Assembly: GCF_001194135.2 (NCBI RefSeq)
Contig: NC_068989.1
Span: 8,173,905 to 8,237,904 of the forward strand
From: Octopus bimaculoides
Taxonomy: Eukaryota
Reading direction: 5' to 3'
DNA: 64,000 bases
Position numbers and translations under genes: made by a program. This document shows positions 13,536 through 26,415 of this stretch, piece after piece; position 1 is the stretch's first letter; every line of letters begins with the position of its first letter. The notes below the pieces were generated by a model, which saw only the letters and a program-made list of their open reading frames with translations, made no database searches and was not told the DNA's origin.

Positions 13536-14014
13536 ACACACACATACACACACACACACNNNNNNNNNNNNNNNNNNNNNNNNNNNNNNNNNNNNNNNNN
13601 NNNNNNNNNNNNNNNNNNNNNNNNNNNNNNNNNNNNNNNNNNNNNNNNNNNNNNNNNNNNNNNNNNNNNNNNNNNNNNNNNNNNNNNNNNNNNNNNNNNN
13701 NNNNNNNNNNNNNNNNNNNNNNNNNNNNNNNNNNNNNNNNNNNNNNNNNNNNNNNNNNNNNNNNNNNNNNNNNNNNNNNNNNNNNNNNNNNNNNNNNNNN
13801 NNNNNNNNNNNNNNNNNNNNNNNNNNNNNNNNNNNNNNNNNNNNNNNNNNNNNNNNNNNNNNNNNNNNNNNNNNNNNNNNNNNNNNNNNNNNNNNNNNNN
13901 NNNNNNNNNNNNNNNNNNNNNNNNNNNNNNNNNNNNNNNNNNNNNNNNNNNNNNNNNNNNNNNNNNNNNNNNNNNNNNNNNNNNNNNNNNNNNNNNNNNN
14001 NNNNNNNNNNNNNN

Positions 14015-14065
<51 letters not shown>

Positions 14066-15404
14066 ATACACACTGAGACACAGTCACACTTAGATATACA
14101 TATAAAACAAGAAGAATGAATCATTCTGAGAAATCAAGTAAAACTTTAGATTTGGAGTTCATTGCAATTTCAGGAAACGCGTAAAATTATATTACCGTCT
14201 GGTTTTTCACCATTTTAATCCTTAGGAAGTGGCTGCACATATTGGCAAAGAGTAATAGCAATCCGATAATCGTGGCATGGCTATTAGTGAGATATATAAA
14301 TATTTAGAAACACTATAAGGAAACTCTTATTTCACATCCAACTATATAGCTTAACAATAAAATATTATATAAACAGTAAAGAGTGAATAAAACTAAAATT
14401 AAACCAAACTATAATGTCGACAGAAAACGATCGTCTGCTTTCAACAATTTTCTAGATCATTACACACACACATACACTCGCATACACGCATATACGCACA
14501 CAGACAAACACTTACACGCATACACACACGGAAAGACACAGACAGAATGATAGACAGACAGATAGCGAGACGGAACTAGAAACGTTACTCAGCGCTGCCC
14601 GGGTATTGCCGGATATTGTATTAGAGAAATACTACGCACTAATGTAATATATAAATATATATATATATATAAACTAAGAAAATTTAACTTTTAGCAAGCT
14701 AGTAAGTTGCAGTACTGATTACTGTTTCGGCGTTTTTATTGTCGTAGTTCGAAGCGGCTGCACCTATAACCACCGCAGACTCTCCAAATCTGATTAACGC
14801 AGTTGATATTCATTCTGAAACAGCCGCAAGCTGAATACAGAAGGTATCTGGAAGAACATGACTGGGGAAATATGCAAGGATTCCAAGACAAAACATCTAG
14901 AGACGAGGATTTGGAGCATGAATTTGTGAGGGAGTTGGAAAAAACAAAACAAAAAACAAAAAACAGTATAGGTGATAAGTGGAGAAAGAACGATATTCTG
15001 ATGATGTTCCATGCAGATGTGAAGGGGCAGTTCGATTTAAAATTTTGCTGATATCACCACAGTTTTCAAGAGCGAGTTTATTACATGTGAAGTACTAATG
15101 GATAACCGGAAGCGATATTGGTCGTCATTCAAGCGATAGAAAGTTGGAAGGTGTTAATGAAGGAGGCTGTTAACGAGTATCTGCATAAGTTTTGTGATTT
15201 AATAAGGGTGAGCAATACCTTTATGGTTGTCAGGGTTCAAGAAATTTCCTGAGTTTGTAATATGCTTACTTTATATAATGTGTTGTAATAACGATTTTAG
15301 TTACTCCCTCCGTTTATGCAGTTATCGTTAGCTTCAATGTGGACAGGTATAAATTCTCTGTTTAGACGCTGTGTGTGTCTGTGTGTGAGACAAAGAAAGA
15401 GAGA

Positions 15405-15449
<45 letters not shown>

Positions 15450-17204
15450 NNNNNNNNNNNNNNNNNNNNNNNNNNNNNNNNNNNNNNNNNNNNNNNNNNN
15501 NNNNNNNNNNNNNNNNNNNNNNNNNNNNNNNNNNNNNNNNNNNNNNNNNNNNNNNNNNNNNNNNNNNNNNNNNNNNNNNNNNNNNNNNNNNNNNNNNNNN
15601 NNNNNNNNNNNNNNNNNNNNNNNNNNNNNNNNNNNNNNNNNNNNNNNNNNNNNNNNNNNNNNNNNNNNNNNNNNNNNNNNNNNNNNNNNNNNNNNNNNNN
15701 NNNNNNNNNNNNNNNNNNNNNNNNNNNNNNNNNNNNNNNNNNNNNNNNNNNNNNNNNNNNNNNNNNNNNNNNNNNNNNNNNNNNNNNNNNNNNNNNNNNN
15801 NNNNNNNNNNNNNNNNNNNNNNNNNNNNNNNNNNNNNNNNNNNNNNNNNNNNNNNNNNNNNNNNNNNNNNNNNNNNNNNNNNNNNNNNNNATGGCCGCAT
15901 TCAAATGAATGAAACAAAAAAAAAAAAAAGAGAGAGAGAAAGAAAGAAGGAGTTGCTTGGTGTATTCAAAGTTATTCTTAGGAGACATCTTGTGTGGGGC
16001 AAAGTAGATGAAGAAATCTATGTCTAAAAAAATATGTTTTAAAAAAGTACAAAAGACAGAAAATTAAAATCGAAATAGGTTTAATCGATAGTAGATACGG
16101 AAATACAATGTCGTAGGGAACGAAAATGGAAATAAGAAATTACTGCTGACCTAAATGATAATAATTTTTGATGAAACAGAAATAATTTCAGGAAACGGAG
16201 GAACAGTACCCCTTAGATTTTGTATTTTTTTCTTGCAATATATAATTATGTTTTCAGTTCACAATGAAAAGATCGCCAAGTAATTTTAGAAAGGAAATTA
16301 AGATGAAAATGGGGATTAACTATGATAGTTGTAATTTTGGTGTTTGTAGCTTGAAAGATACTCAAACAAATGAAAGAAGAAAGTAAAGCAAAGAAAAGTG
16401 TTAAGGTTGGGCATCTTAAATGGTTAACGTTAAGTTATAGTGATTGAAGTATAGCTGAGATTTAAGTGAAGAACGTGACGGTATAAACGTTTCATAAAAT
16501 AAGTTAAAATGTATTAAAATGTAGGATCAAATATTGAATGAGCTTGAAAGTGAAGAAGTACACCGTTTCAGGAAATAAAGATGAATTCATTGGTGTTTTA
16601 TTGAAACTGGTTAACTGAGGAAATTGTCTTAAATTAGAACTTTACTCACCTTTAACAACCCAAAGACATCAAAAGAACACATATCAAAGAAGGAATCTTG
16701 TTTTGCATCTTCTCTAATCCTGAAAATAGCGCAACTAAAACCTTTAGTAGAATGTGTGTGTAAACGTGTGCATACGTGTTTGAGTGCTTGTGTGTGTGCG
16801 CGCGCGCGTGCTTGAGTGTTTGTGTGTGTGTAAATGTGTGCATGTGTATGTGTGTTTGAGTGTTTGTGTGTGTGTGAGAGAGTGGGTGTCGTGGCGAAGC
16901 CAAATTTTCGCATTCAACAATGCCTAATAATTTTTTCAGTTCTTTCATCTCCAAGGCCTCAGCTCAAACACTTGAATCAATTTTTCTTTCTGAGAACAGG
17001 AATTATTTACCTTCGTGTGTTTTCTAACTGAAATTATTCACCCTGATATTCAACAGTATTAATTTCATGCATTTATCTATATTTCTCAATTCATAAGTCT
17101 TGGAAAAGCTATGGTTATGGCCTCCCTCTTTCAAATTACTCCATATTACAAGTATTCAGCAATAAAATAAATACACAAAACCATGAAGAAGACGTGCTGC
17201 TTGA

Positions 17205-17385
17205 CCTGCTAAAAATAATAGGCAAATCATCTTGAGATCACACTTTTTCAACTTCAAATAAGAAAAACGTTTTGGAGAATGGGATCCTCGATGCAACAAA
17301 GGTTAGCATGGTCACGGTCGGAATGCCTTTACTCATAATTCTGTTGTATCAGGCCTAACCTGCGATTAAACAGCCACGCAGGAAA
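17205..17385 (+). mobile_element. Old dispersed repeat; related degenerate pieces near 22030-22105(-), 22530-22665(-), 24420-24580 and 32640-32830
   Basis: Shared motifs GACCTGCTA(A/G)AAATA..AGCCAAATC..C.TGAGATCACAC and ATGGTCACGG..GGAATGCCTTT; family identity not established. Confidence 0.55.
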
Positions 17386-18779
17386 GATACTCAAAGATTA
17401 GAGGTGCCATCTTTAACTGATTTAAAACAGTGTCGGCTTTTTAAGCTACAGCGTTTCGTACATACAATTTGAAGGAATTTGCATTTATGAAAGTTACTAA
17501 AAACGTAATTAGAATATATAATATAAAGCAGGCATTAATATATATATATATATTACATCCTCAGAGACATTCAGCTTTAGGGAGCTCAATAGTTAATAAC
17601 ATTCTTTCTGTGGCATCTAAAGTATGGTGGGGGTGAAAGAAAGACAGAGACAGAAAGAAACATTACATAGAAAGGAAAAATATGTGCTAAAATAAAGGAA
17701 CGACGAAGAAAATTTATGTCTATTAAACAACATGACAGAGCGAGGATGGTGCTGAAAATTTCTGTAAGCGTTCACAAATCACTTCACTGCGGTTAATATG
17801 GTAATGGCTGTCTTCTCCCTCCTATATTAATACGGATCAATATAGAAGAATTTCATTCCAAATTATCTAGAAATGTGTACAGACGTGTTGATGTGTAAAC
17901 ATATACGCAGAAGAGATATATTTCATTTCACTCTACAACTTTGTGAATCAATTACATTTATTTATTTCAGCTCATATCCATGTCATTCTAACTTTGAAAC
18001 CATGTAAATGTATGGTGTGAGAATTTTAATTTCTTATTTCTGAAGAGCTCTACTTCAAATTTTTCCATTGATTTCAGCTGAGTCTTAATTTCCGTTTCAT
18101 CCAAATGCCAGAGTCCAGATTTTACAGCATTCGATTGTGAAGTCCTATAAAGGTACTATAAATAAATGTATCACTTATGTTTTTTAAAATTATACACTGG
18201 TTTAACAAAGAGAAGCAAACTTAGAGATCAACTAAAATCAGACTGTTCAAAATTAGAGGAATATTACAGAAAGTGATTTCATGCCAAAAAAGAAACGAAA
18301 AGAAAATGAATTCAGTGTTGCCATCAGGCTTAGACTCACCAAAATTTTATCAGAAGAATAATAAGAAATTATTCCACTGATTTAACAGAAAAAATAAAAG
18401 TTAAACACATATAAGAAAAAGCAAAGCAAAAAAGACCCCAAAACAACCACAAAAACAAACAAACAATAGAAACGAAGAATTAAAATGTAGTCAGATTTAG
18501 CGAATAAAATAGAATGGAATGCTAGCAGATGCAAAACGTACTTAAACTTTCACCTAAAATTGATTACCAACCTACCTAACTAGCTACCTACCTATCTAAC
18601 TACATATCTACTTCCCTACTTATCAACGTACATACAAATCAATAAAGATGTATATATGAAAGTACGTATATACTAAAGTGCCTAAAAATATTCATACATA
18701 CTCACACATAGACGTACACATGTCGATACATAAAACAACTAATACTTAGGCACATATACAGGCGTGCAATGCAGTACGT

Positions 18780-18854
<75 letters not shown>

Positions 18855-19238
18855 TAATACATACATACATACATCTATATATGTATATATATATATTTAC
18901 ATATATATACACACACATATTGATATACATATATGTATATATTTATCTATCTATATATGTATGTGTGCGTGTGCATGTGTAGAAAAAACAATTGAAACAA
19001 CTACTAGACTATTCTATTTGCATTCTGATTTCAACTATCACCGAAATCTATAACGATATACTTGCCGATTGCGGTGGATGTTCCGGACTGTGAGAATGCT
19101 GGAGAAGATGGTTGCAATATTTGTCTCTGAATTTGTAAACAGCGGAAGCAAGTCAGAACGTTAAAACTTAGTGCCTATGTACAACACAGTTCAAAGTCAA
19201 TCTGTATCAAACGGCTTCACTCTGCGTGCTTTAGCTTC

Positions 19239-19252
19239 GTTACTATGGCAAC
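19239..19252. promoter_or_regulatory. RFX-type X-box motif
   Basis: GTTACTATGGCAAC matches the GTHNYYATRRNAAC X-box consensus and lies in non-repeat, CpG-containing DNA. Function not demonstrated. Confidence 0.4.
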
Positions 19253-19489
19253 GGTCTGGATACTTATTAATCAGAGCACGTATATTAGGTACGGTTGCAA
19301 AAAAAAAAAACCAAAAAAACAAGCTTAACGCCTAACACGAATTCATTGTTGATTTCGAAAATTATTGTGGGATATTTTTTACCCGAATTCTCTGCTATAC
19401 TATTGATAAATCTTACAGAGTTATTTATTCGATCCAGTCAACTATTTGGCAGCTCTTAGGAAATTCACCCAAAATAAATTGTCGAAGCT

Positions 19490-19624
19490 CGGCTTGCTAA
19501 CACATGGTTTCAGCTTCAGTCCCACTGAACGGCATTTCGGGCAAGTCTATTCTACTTCTGCCTCGGATCGACCGATGACTTGTGAGTGTATTTGGGAGAC
19601 AGAAACTTGTGTCGTGCCACGTCA

Positions 19625-19686
<62 letters not shown>

Positions 19687-19702
19687 CCTCTCTCTCCCTC
19701 CT

Positions 19703-19742
<40 letters not shown>

Positions 19743-20030
19743 NNNNNNNNNNNNNNNNNNNNNNNNNNNNNNNNNNNNNNNNNNNNNNNNATATATATAT
19801 ATATATATATATATAATGAATAATGTGTGTATATTTCTGTTTACGTGTGTATTTGTGAAATCGATGTTTGTTTGTTTACGACCCCGTAACATAACCGTTC
19901 AGCAAAACACCTACAGAATAAGTACCAGACTTTAAAATTACTACTGGGATCAATTTGTTCGATTGAAAACCTACCAAGGCGGTGCTCCAGCATGACTGCA
20001 TTTTAATGTCTGAAACAAATGAAAGATAAA
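19490..20030 (+). mobile_element. Degenerate SINE family A with internal (ATCT)n/(CT)n expansion
   Basis: 5' part (TTCAGTCCCACTG..GGGCAAGT) at 19510-19600 and 3' part (AAGGCGGTGCTCCAGCATG..TGAAACAAATG) at 19975-20025. Confidence 0.75.
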
Positions 20031-20832
20031 GATAATTAAGTTGTCGAGTTAATGCATCATTTCGTCTATATCTTACAGACAAGGTATAAATCTTCATCTC
20101 ATTGAACTTACCCGTCTCTTTCGCCTGCAGACGATTTATCTTGCAGCTCTCTTACCACTCCTTTGTCAAGCTTTGCTCGTACTTTCACACATGTAACATT
20201 TTTTTTATTACTTAATTACGTGACACGTCATACAGCAAATAAATGATATATTTTTCAAAGATTCTGCCCCTCTTCCTTCTCTGCTGGGCAATAGAAACAG
20301 TGGATAATTACGTACGATCGCTCAGAGGTTTCTATTAAAATTGATTCAAAAGAGCTCAGTAGCATTCTCATAATTCTATTTTCTCTCACTCGGTCCTTGT
20401 TTTCCTCTCATTCCCTCACTAAAATCATTAGTGGGCACACGCACACCCTCATATATACATATACACCTAAATTCTTATTTACTCACTAAATCAATGTCAC
20501 ACAGACACACACACATGTACTCACACACATGTACTCACACACTTTCGACACCACCATTTCTCTCTCTTTTCCTCTTCAGTGTTTTTAACCAGTGAAGTTA
20601 TTTTACAGCGAGACTAATTAGTTTTTTCTTATGTAAAATTGATTTTATTAGTTTTGACGAGAGTCACGGGCCAAGCTCTTAGCCTTTTCATCACTTCCTA
20701 GACGGACAAACAACGTGATTTAATTGTCGTCAATCATGAATTTAAACGATTTAACTGTTACAATTCAGTGAAAAACATGAGTAAATAAGTTATGGTGTGA
20801 TTTCGGGGCGGTATTCTTGGGCAGATGTTCAA

Positions 20833-21060
20833 TTAGGGAAACTTGGATGTATGACAAATTACTGGAATGAGATCAATACTTTGAAATACCAAACCTTCAG
20901 AATTTTCAATTTTCAGTTTGTTTGTTGCGGTACAAGAACTTCGTATTCTTTCTGTTTGTCTTCTTTTCCTTCGCTCTTTATCGCTCTCGAGATATTTTAA
21001 GACCTCTCTGATTTCCTTGTATCTCGAGAATGTCATTCTGCCAACAATAAACACGAGCAC
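20833..21060 (-). pseudogene. Possible piggyBac/PGBD-type transposase relic
   Basis: ORF segment MTFSRYKEIREVLKYLESDKERRKRRQTERI resembles the PGBD MSRxRFxEIxKxLRFD...RxxRLxTDK region. Similarity judged by eye only. Confidence 0.4.
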
Positions 21061-23460
21061 TAGTTCTGTATCCCGTCTTTTATTTTTATAATTCAATTGG
21101 TTAAATATCTAACCAATTAATTAATCGATTGTTTTATTAATTGATCGGTCAATCAATCCTTCAGTTAGATTTGTTAAAGTGTTTCCATCGTCATTCGCAA
21201 TCTCATCAATGAAATGCCCTCTTTTTCTCTAGTTGTTTCAAAACACGAGTTCACATCTAGAACGCTGCAAAAAAATATGCATAAATGAAATACTGTGTGG
21301 TTGCTCTGCATTGAGTACACAGAATTAATGATTAAATATAATAAATAAATAAATATAATATATGAAAATGAAACTAAAAATAAATATGAAAATAAAAGTC
21401 ATAATATATAAGAAAATAAGTATACACACCAGTTTCGTTTCCCAGTTGCTTTTTCATGAATTCAATAAAGCTGATTAATCACCAATTGATAAACTACCAG
21501 AAATTTAACCATATTCCCCGCTTAACCTTCATATATTGTAACGCTGTTGCATTACAACCTACCATAAGGTTCGATCTCAGCACTGCTAGATAACTACATC
21601 TGACGCCAATTTTCAGTTCATCCATAACTTGGATACGTTAGATATTTTTCGAAAAGGTAGTTGTCCAGATTTGTTTTACTTCACGTTACCAATCTGTTAC
21701 TTCAAATCTTCTTCTCTTAAATATTTTAAGACACATTCATTCCTTCATTCGACCCACAACCCAATACTTTCACCGCTATAGTCCTGATCTACAATTTTAC
21801 GCACATTTTAAAATTTCAAATGTTATAAAACATTCCACTGAAGTTCGAGTCCTTCCCATGTTTCCTTAAGACGGGTTTCTTCCTGTGTATGTTTTTAGTG
21901 TTTGGATATTTCCTGAATGATAATTCAAGAATAATCTGGTAATTATAATCTTCCACTTAACGCTATGATGAAAGGAAGTAGTTGGTGTTTAGTTGTGTTG
22001 GTGTTTAGTTGTTTAGCCGTATTATTCAATGTATCTTTCGCTATTTAAACACGTTAGTGTGTGATATGAGGCAAATTTGGCTGCTACTTCGAGCAGATTG
22101 AGCAACTACTTAAAAGCTTTCTTGACGTTCAATCGGAAAAATGTATTGGTTTTAAAAACGATACTGGTCTGTAAATAGATCTCCAAAAGGAAGATATATT
22201 TAAAAAAGATGGTTTTCAGCTATACTCTCTCACGAGGGGCGGTTAGCTGTACATTTTGTTTTAAATAAATTACGCGGCGAACTGGACGCTCAATACTTTT
22301 TGTTATGACGTTTCTACGCTAAAGAAGCACTCCTTAAATTCACTGTGATATGTTTGCATATTTCCTCCAAGAAATATATAGGAAATAAACAATCATAGAA
22401 TTGTAGAACAAATCTATAATGAATGGCGTTCCAACTATAACTTCACTTCTGTTTTCATGCATAATATATCACAATATTTAAGACTATATTATGTAGCGCA
22501 TTCTTCAGGACTATTAAACGTAAGAACTTATTTTAGCGCTAAGATCATCTATGACCAAACTGATATGTGATCAAAAGCGTCCACGCTGTAAAAATCCTAC
22601 TTTTGTCCTGTGGTGTATCTAGAGCTACATTGTTCAATGTGTCCACCTTCTCCGCTTAAAGACATTACGGTATGAATTGTTGATTTGTAAGTGCTAAAAT
22701 ACAGTAATGCCAAACTGGATTGAACCAAAAGTTACTGAAGATTCTCAGGATCATCGAACATAGTAAATTATCACCTTGGATAGGATATGAACTACCTATC
22801 TCTCAGTTGGTTGTGAGAGATGCTTGCAACTCAGCCCTTCTAAACTTCAGCATAGACATTTAAAACAATAGACTAAACTAATTTATATTCACAGTCCAAA
22901 TTAAACGTTTGAAAGAGGAGGCTGGGGAAACTTAAAATGTTTGATCTAGGTAATCAGTTAGACTGTATTCTGATAAATCGATTTATAACGTTTTGGAAGA
23001 AATTACACTTGATTTCATTTTATATAAAAGTTTAGATATAAAAAAAAAAAGATGTTATGAATTTACATCAATAACTTAAGCATATCTTTGGAACGTACAA
23101 TGAAAAGCCGAATATTAAAGACTACCCGTATGTTGATTTAGCTTTATTTTCTGTTTCATACTGCTTTGAAAAAAATCATGATTTATTTTTTTTAAATACA
23201 AAAGTATAGTAAATTGAGAAAACGCAGACTATTCACAAGGAATCAATATAACGAACCATTGACAAATTATCGATATAATTCTATTAAAATTCTATTAAAA
23301 ATGTATATATATATACATATAAATAATGTTAGAAACATGCGATGATTAAATCTGAAAAGTTTAAAAATATATTTTTTTAATATTTTTGGAAACCAACTGT
23401 AAACATTTGGAAATGGTTTTTCATTTTTTTTTTGTTTTGCTTTTGAATAAAATGTAGGTT

Positions 23461-23495
<35 letters not shown>

Positions 23496-23864
23496 TATAA
23501 AATCGAAATCTAAACAGTGTGTTCAACACTAACTACAAAAACTGAATGGCAGTATTAAAGTGAAAGTGAATGATATACACCAATAGTATATTTGATAGTT
23601 TTTGTTTCAGAAAATTTCCTGTCTACTTTGCACAGGATCGAACCGATTTACGTTTCCTTACAGTTTTTTTTATCCACTTTTTTTTTTATTTTGATGACAT
23701 GATGAATGGGAACAGTTATTAATCAATGAATGTTTGAAATGCTATTCTCTCATTTTTCTTCTTGGACATATATTTCTGCCTTTATTTCAGATTTATTACA
23801 ATTTCATCTTTATATTTATTGTCGTGCATTTTATTGTTTTTTTCTATTATTATACTTCTTTCTG

Positions 23865-23970
23865 TGTAGTTAAGATTCTTGCTTTGCAACCACGCGGTTT
23901 CCGGTTCAGTCTTTCTGCTGAACACTTTGGACAAGTGTCTTTCTACTGCATTGGGCCAAACCATTGTTAA
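23865..23970 (+). mobile_element. SINE family A, 5' fragment
   Basis: CAACCACGCGGTTTCCGGTTCAGTC...TTTGGACAAGTGTCTTTCTACT. Confidence 0.7.
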
Positions 23971-26344
23971 ACCTCTATAATCATAAGCAGGGCAAAAAAA
24001 AATCGATTTTCGAAACTTATTGGCTTCTCATCAGAGGCGTTTACACAATTCTGACAGTCTCCAGAGAAACGATCAGCCAAACTGTTTATATACTCAACAA
24101 ATGCAGCAGTTACTCTCTGAAGGAGTCCCTAATTTGCATATCGAAAGTGTTTAACACTCTATAAATATCAGCGGCCTGTCAACGAGGATCTTGGTCCGTA
24201 ATTCGAAAGACAAAGTATTTTGAATTGCGTTAAGGTTACACATTGATTGCATTAAGGTTACACGGCTCAACCCCTTAGATGTTAATTAAGGAGCAAGAAC
24301 TCAGAACGAAAAGACAAATGAAATACCGCTAAACATTTCTCCCGGCGAAATCGCCTTACGTCGCCAAAATATCACAAAACTTTTGACTCAACGCAATAAC
24401 AAACCAATTATAAATCCCCTATCTGATCATTCTATCTACAAGAAATAGCAACCGAATCTCCCTTATATCACAAAGAAGTATCTTTCGAAGGCATGATGCT
24501 AGATACTGGAAAATAAAGTGATGGCCATAAATGGAATGCTTTCGACTATCGAATTCACTTGATTAAGGCTGAACTGACAAAGAAATCGATTATATTGATT
24601 GAATAACCAATAAAATTATACCCTGTGACAAGTCCAAAGAGGAATTCTGAAATTACATTTAAGTAGTAATAATATATACGGTGACTAGTAAACTGACTTT
24701 CGTTAAAGAAATAAATATGACATTGACAAATTCATAGAAAAAAAACAACATAGAATTCAGTTTATCAATGCTTGTAAAGTATCATTACATTACGTCATAT
24801 TAATCAATCGAATTGAAATGATCTCAACCTAACATTTTATATATTATGCTCAGAGAGTTTAATTTGGGACTAAGTCAGGAGACAAATTGAAATGCTAAAA
24901 CGTATTTTGTCAGTTCAACAAAAGAGAGCAGACAACATATACACATTCGCAACCCACCACACACATATAGACCTATATGTATGTGTATATAAATATATAT
25001 ATATACTAATATGTGTATCTATATATGTCTGCATATATGTGTGTGTATATGTTAGTATGTGTGTAAATGAATGTATGTGAGTGTTACACCATTTAGAAGA
25101 ATAAAATCTGACTAGCTATATATATAGTTAATGATATAGTCCATCAGTAATTATACATCATGTGTCGCGAGTCAGTTTCGAGGAACTCTGAATAATCATA
25201 AAAACGAAGAAAATATAACTGCTTCACGCGAGTACGAGTTACTCACTCATACAAAATTATTGCCTTGAATGGAGATCAGTTTCCGTTACAGTAAAGTACG
25301 GTCGAAGATATTGTAAAAGATATGACTCATTACATATTGAAATTGACTGCTAAGGGTGAGTTATTTCCTTTTGATTCGTTCAAAGCATTAAGATGAAAGC
25401 AGCCTTTAATATGACTGAGTTACAGGAATTTTAAGTGAACCACTTTTGAGTAACGAGTATGGATATGTCAGTGAGCTGAATTTATGATTACGTTAATTAA
25501 TAAGTGTACTGTTAGATATTGCGTTTGTCTTTCCAGCAATGATTTGCGGTATAAACGAATTATTGAGACTTTAGATAGAGACTATCTCATCGTGAGTTAA
25601 AACTAAAAAGTAGAAGCGTGATTAAGCTTACTTGTGGTTAATAATTAAATATTAATCCGTTCAATCAGTGTTTCAGAATATATATATATATATATATACC
25701 AAAGTGGTGGTACTTGGTGAATATGTCTGACCTGATAATAAAGTAGCCGTTTTTTACATCCATAAATGGCCTACATTTTTCGATAATATTTTGCTTGATG
25801 TCAAATACACTGCGGTGTTCTTTCAAAAGTCCAGGTTTCATAGGATAGTTTAGTTACATTCCTATTTTCTGTAGCATTAAAAGAAGCAGTGTCATTAAAG
25901 TATTACCTTTTGAATTTACCCTTCACCAAACGCATTGTACATGGGTTATTTAGGTTTTATTGGATGACATTTACTTCTGATCCATAAAAATCGCTTCAGC
26001 GTTGTATAATCGGTTATGCGACTAACATTTGTAAACCTGCATTTCATTTAGTCTCGTTATATCTAGCTTACATGTCACTGACTATTTGTATAAGTAATAC
26101 AACCATAACTCACTTTTAGGATATTTCTGTTAAATCATTTTCTTGTGATTAATGAGAGTTATTACGAAGAAGGCGTTTTTAACAATATTAAATTCAACTT
26201 TTAAGGAAAAGAGAGACGTATTAATCAGATGACGTTACAGCGTCTTTTCTTGATGCTGGAAGGTAACAAAGACGGGTTTTGTACTCTAAATCATAAACCA
26301 TTAAATATACTCTACTACATATAACTAAGTACTCTTTTTTCAAT

Positions 26345-26415
26345 GCCCACATAACTGAAGAGATGGCGGCATGGGTTTCCGCCCCGGCATCCGAAACTCG
26401 GAGTTTTATCATGGC
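26345..26415 (+). ncRNA. Type I hammerhead ribozyme motif (Penelope-like/retrozyme-associated type)
   Basis: Core CUGAAGA at 26355-26361. Helix II is GAUG/CAUC plus GCGG/CCGC, then one extra C and GAAA at 26393-26396. Helix III is ACU-cgg-AGU with a GUU cleavage triplet at 26403-26405. Helix I is AUAA/UUAU extended by GCC/GGC. Confidence 0.7.

Noticed and set aside
14715-14750. Hammerhead remnant CUACGA...GCCGAAAC
   Set aside because: Core and helix II are both broken; too degenerate to call.
22435-22515. Minus-strand CUGAAGA...GAAA with a long AT-rich helix II
   Set aside because: Helix I cannot form and the AT-rich pairing is likely chance.
25700-26010. Possible Helitron Rep fragment (NNPC..GK)
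   Set aside because: Too few matching residues and many stops.
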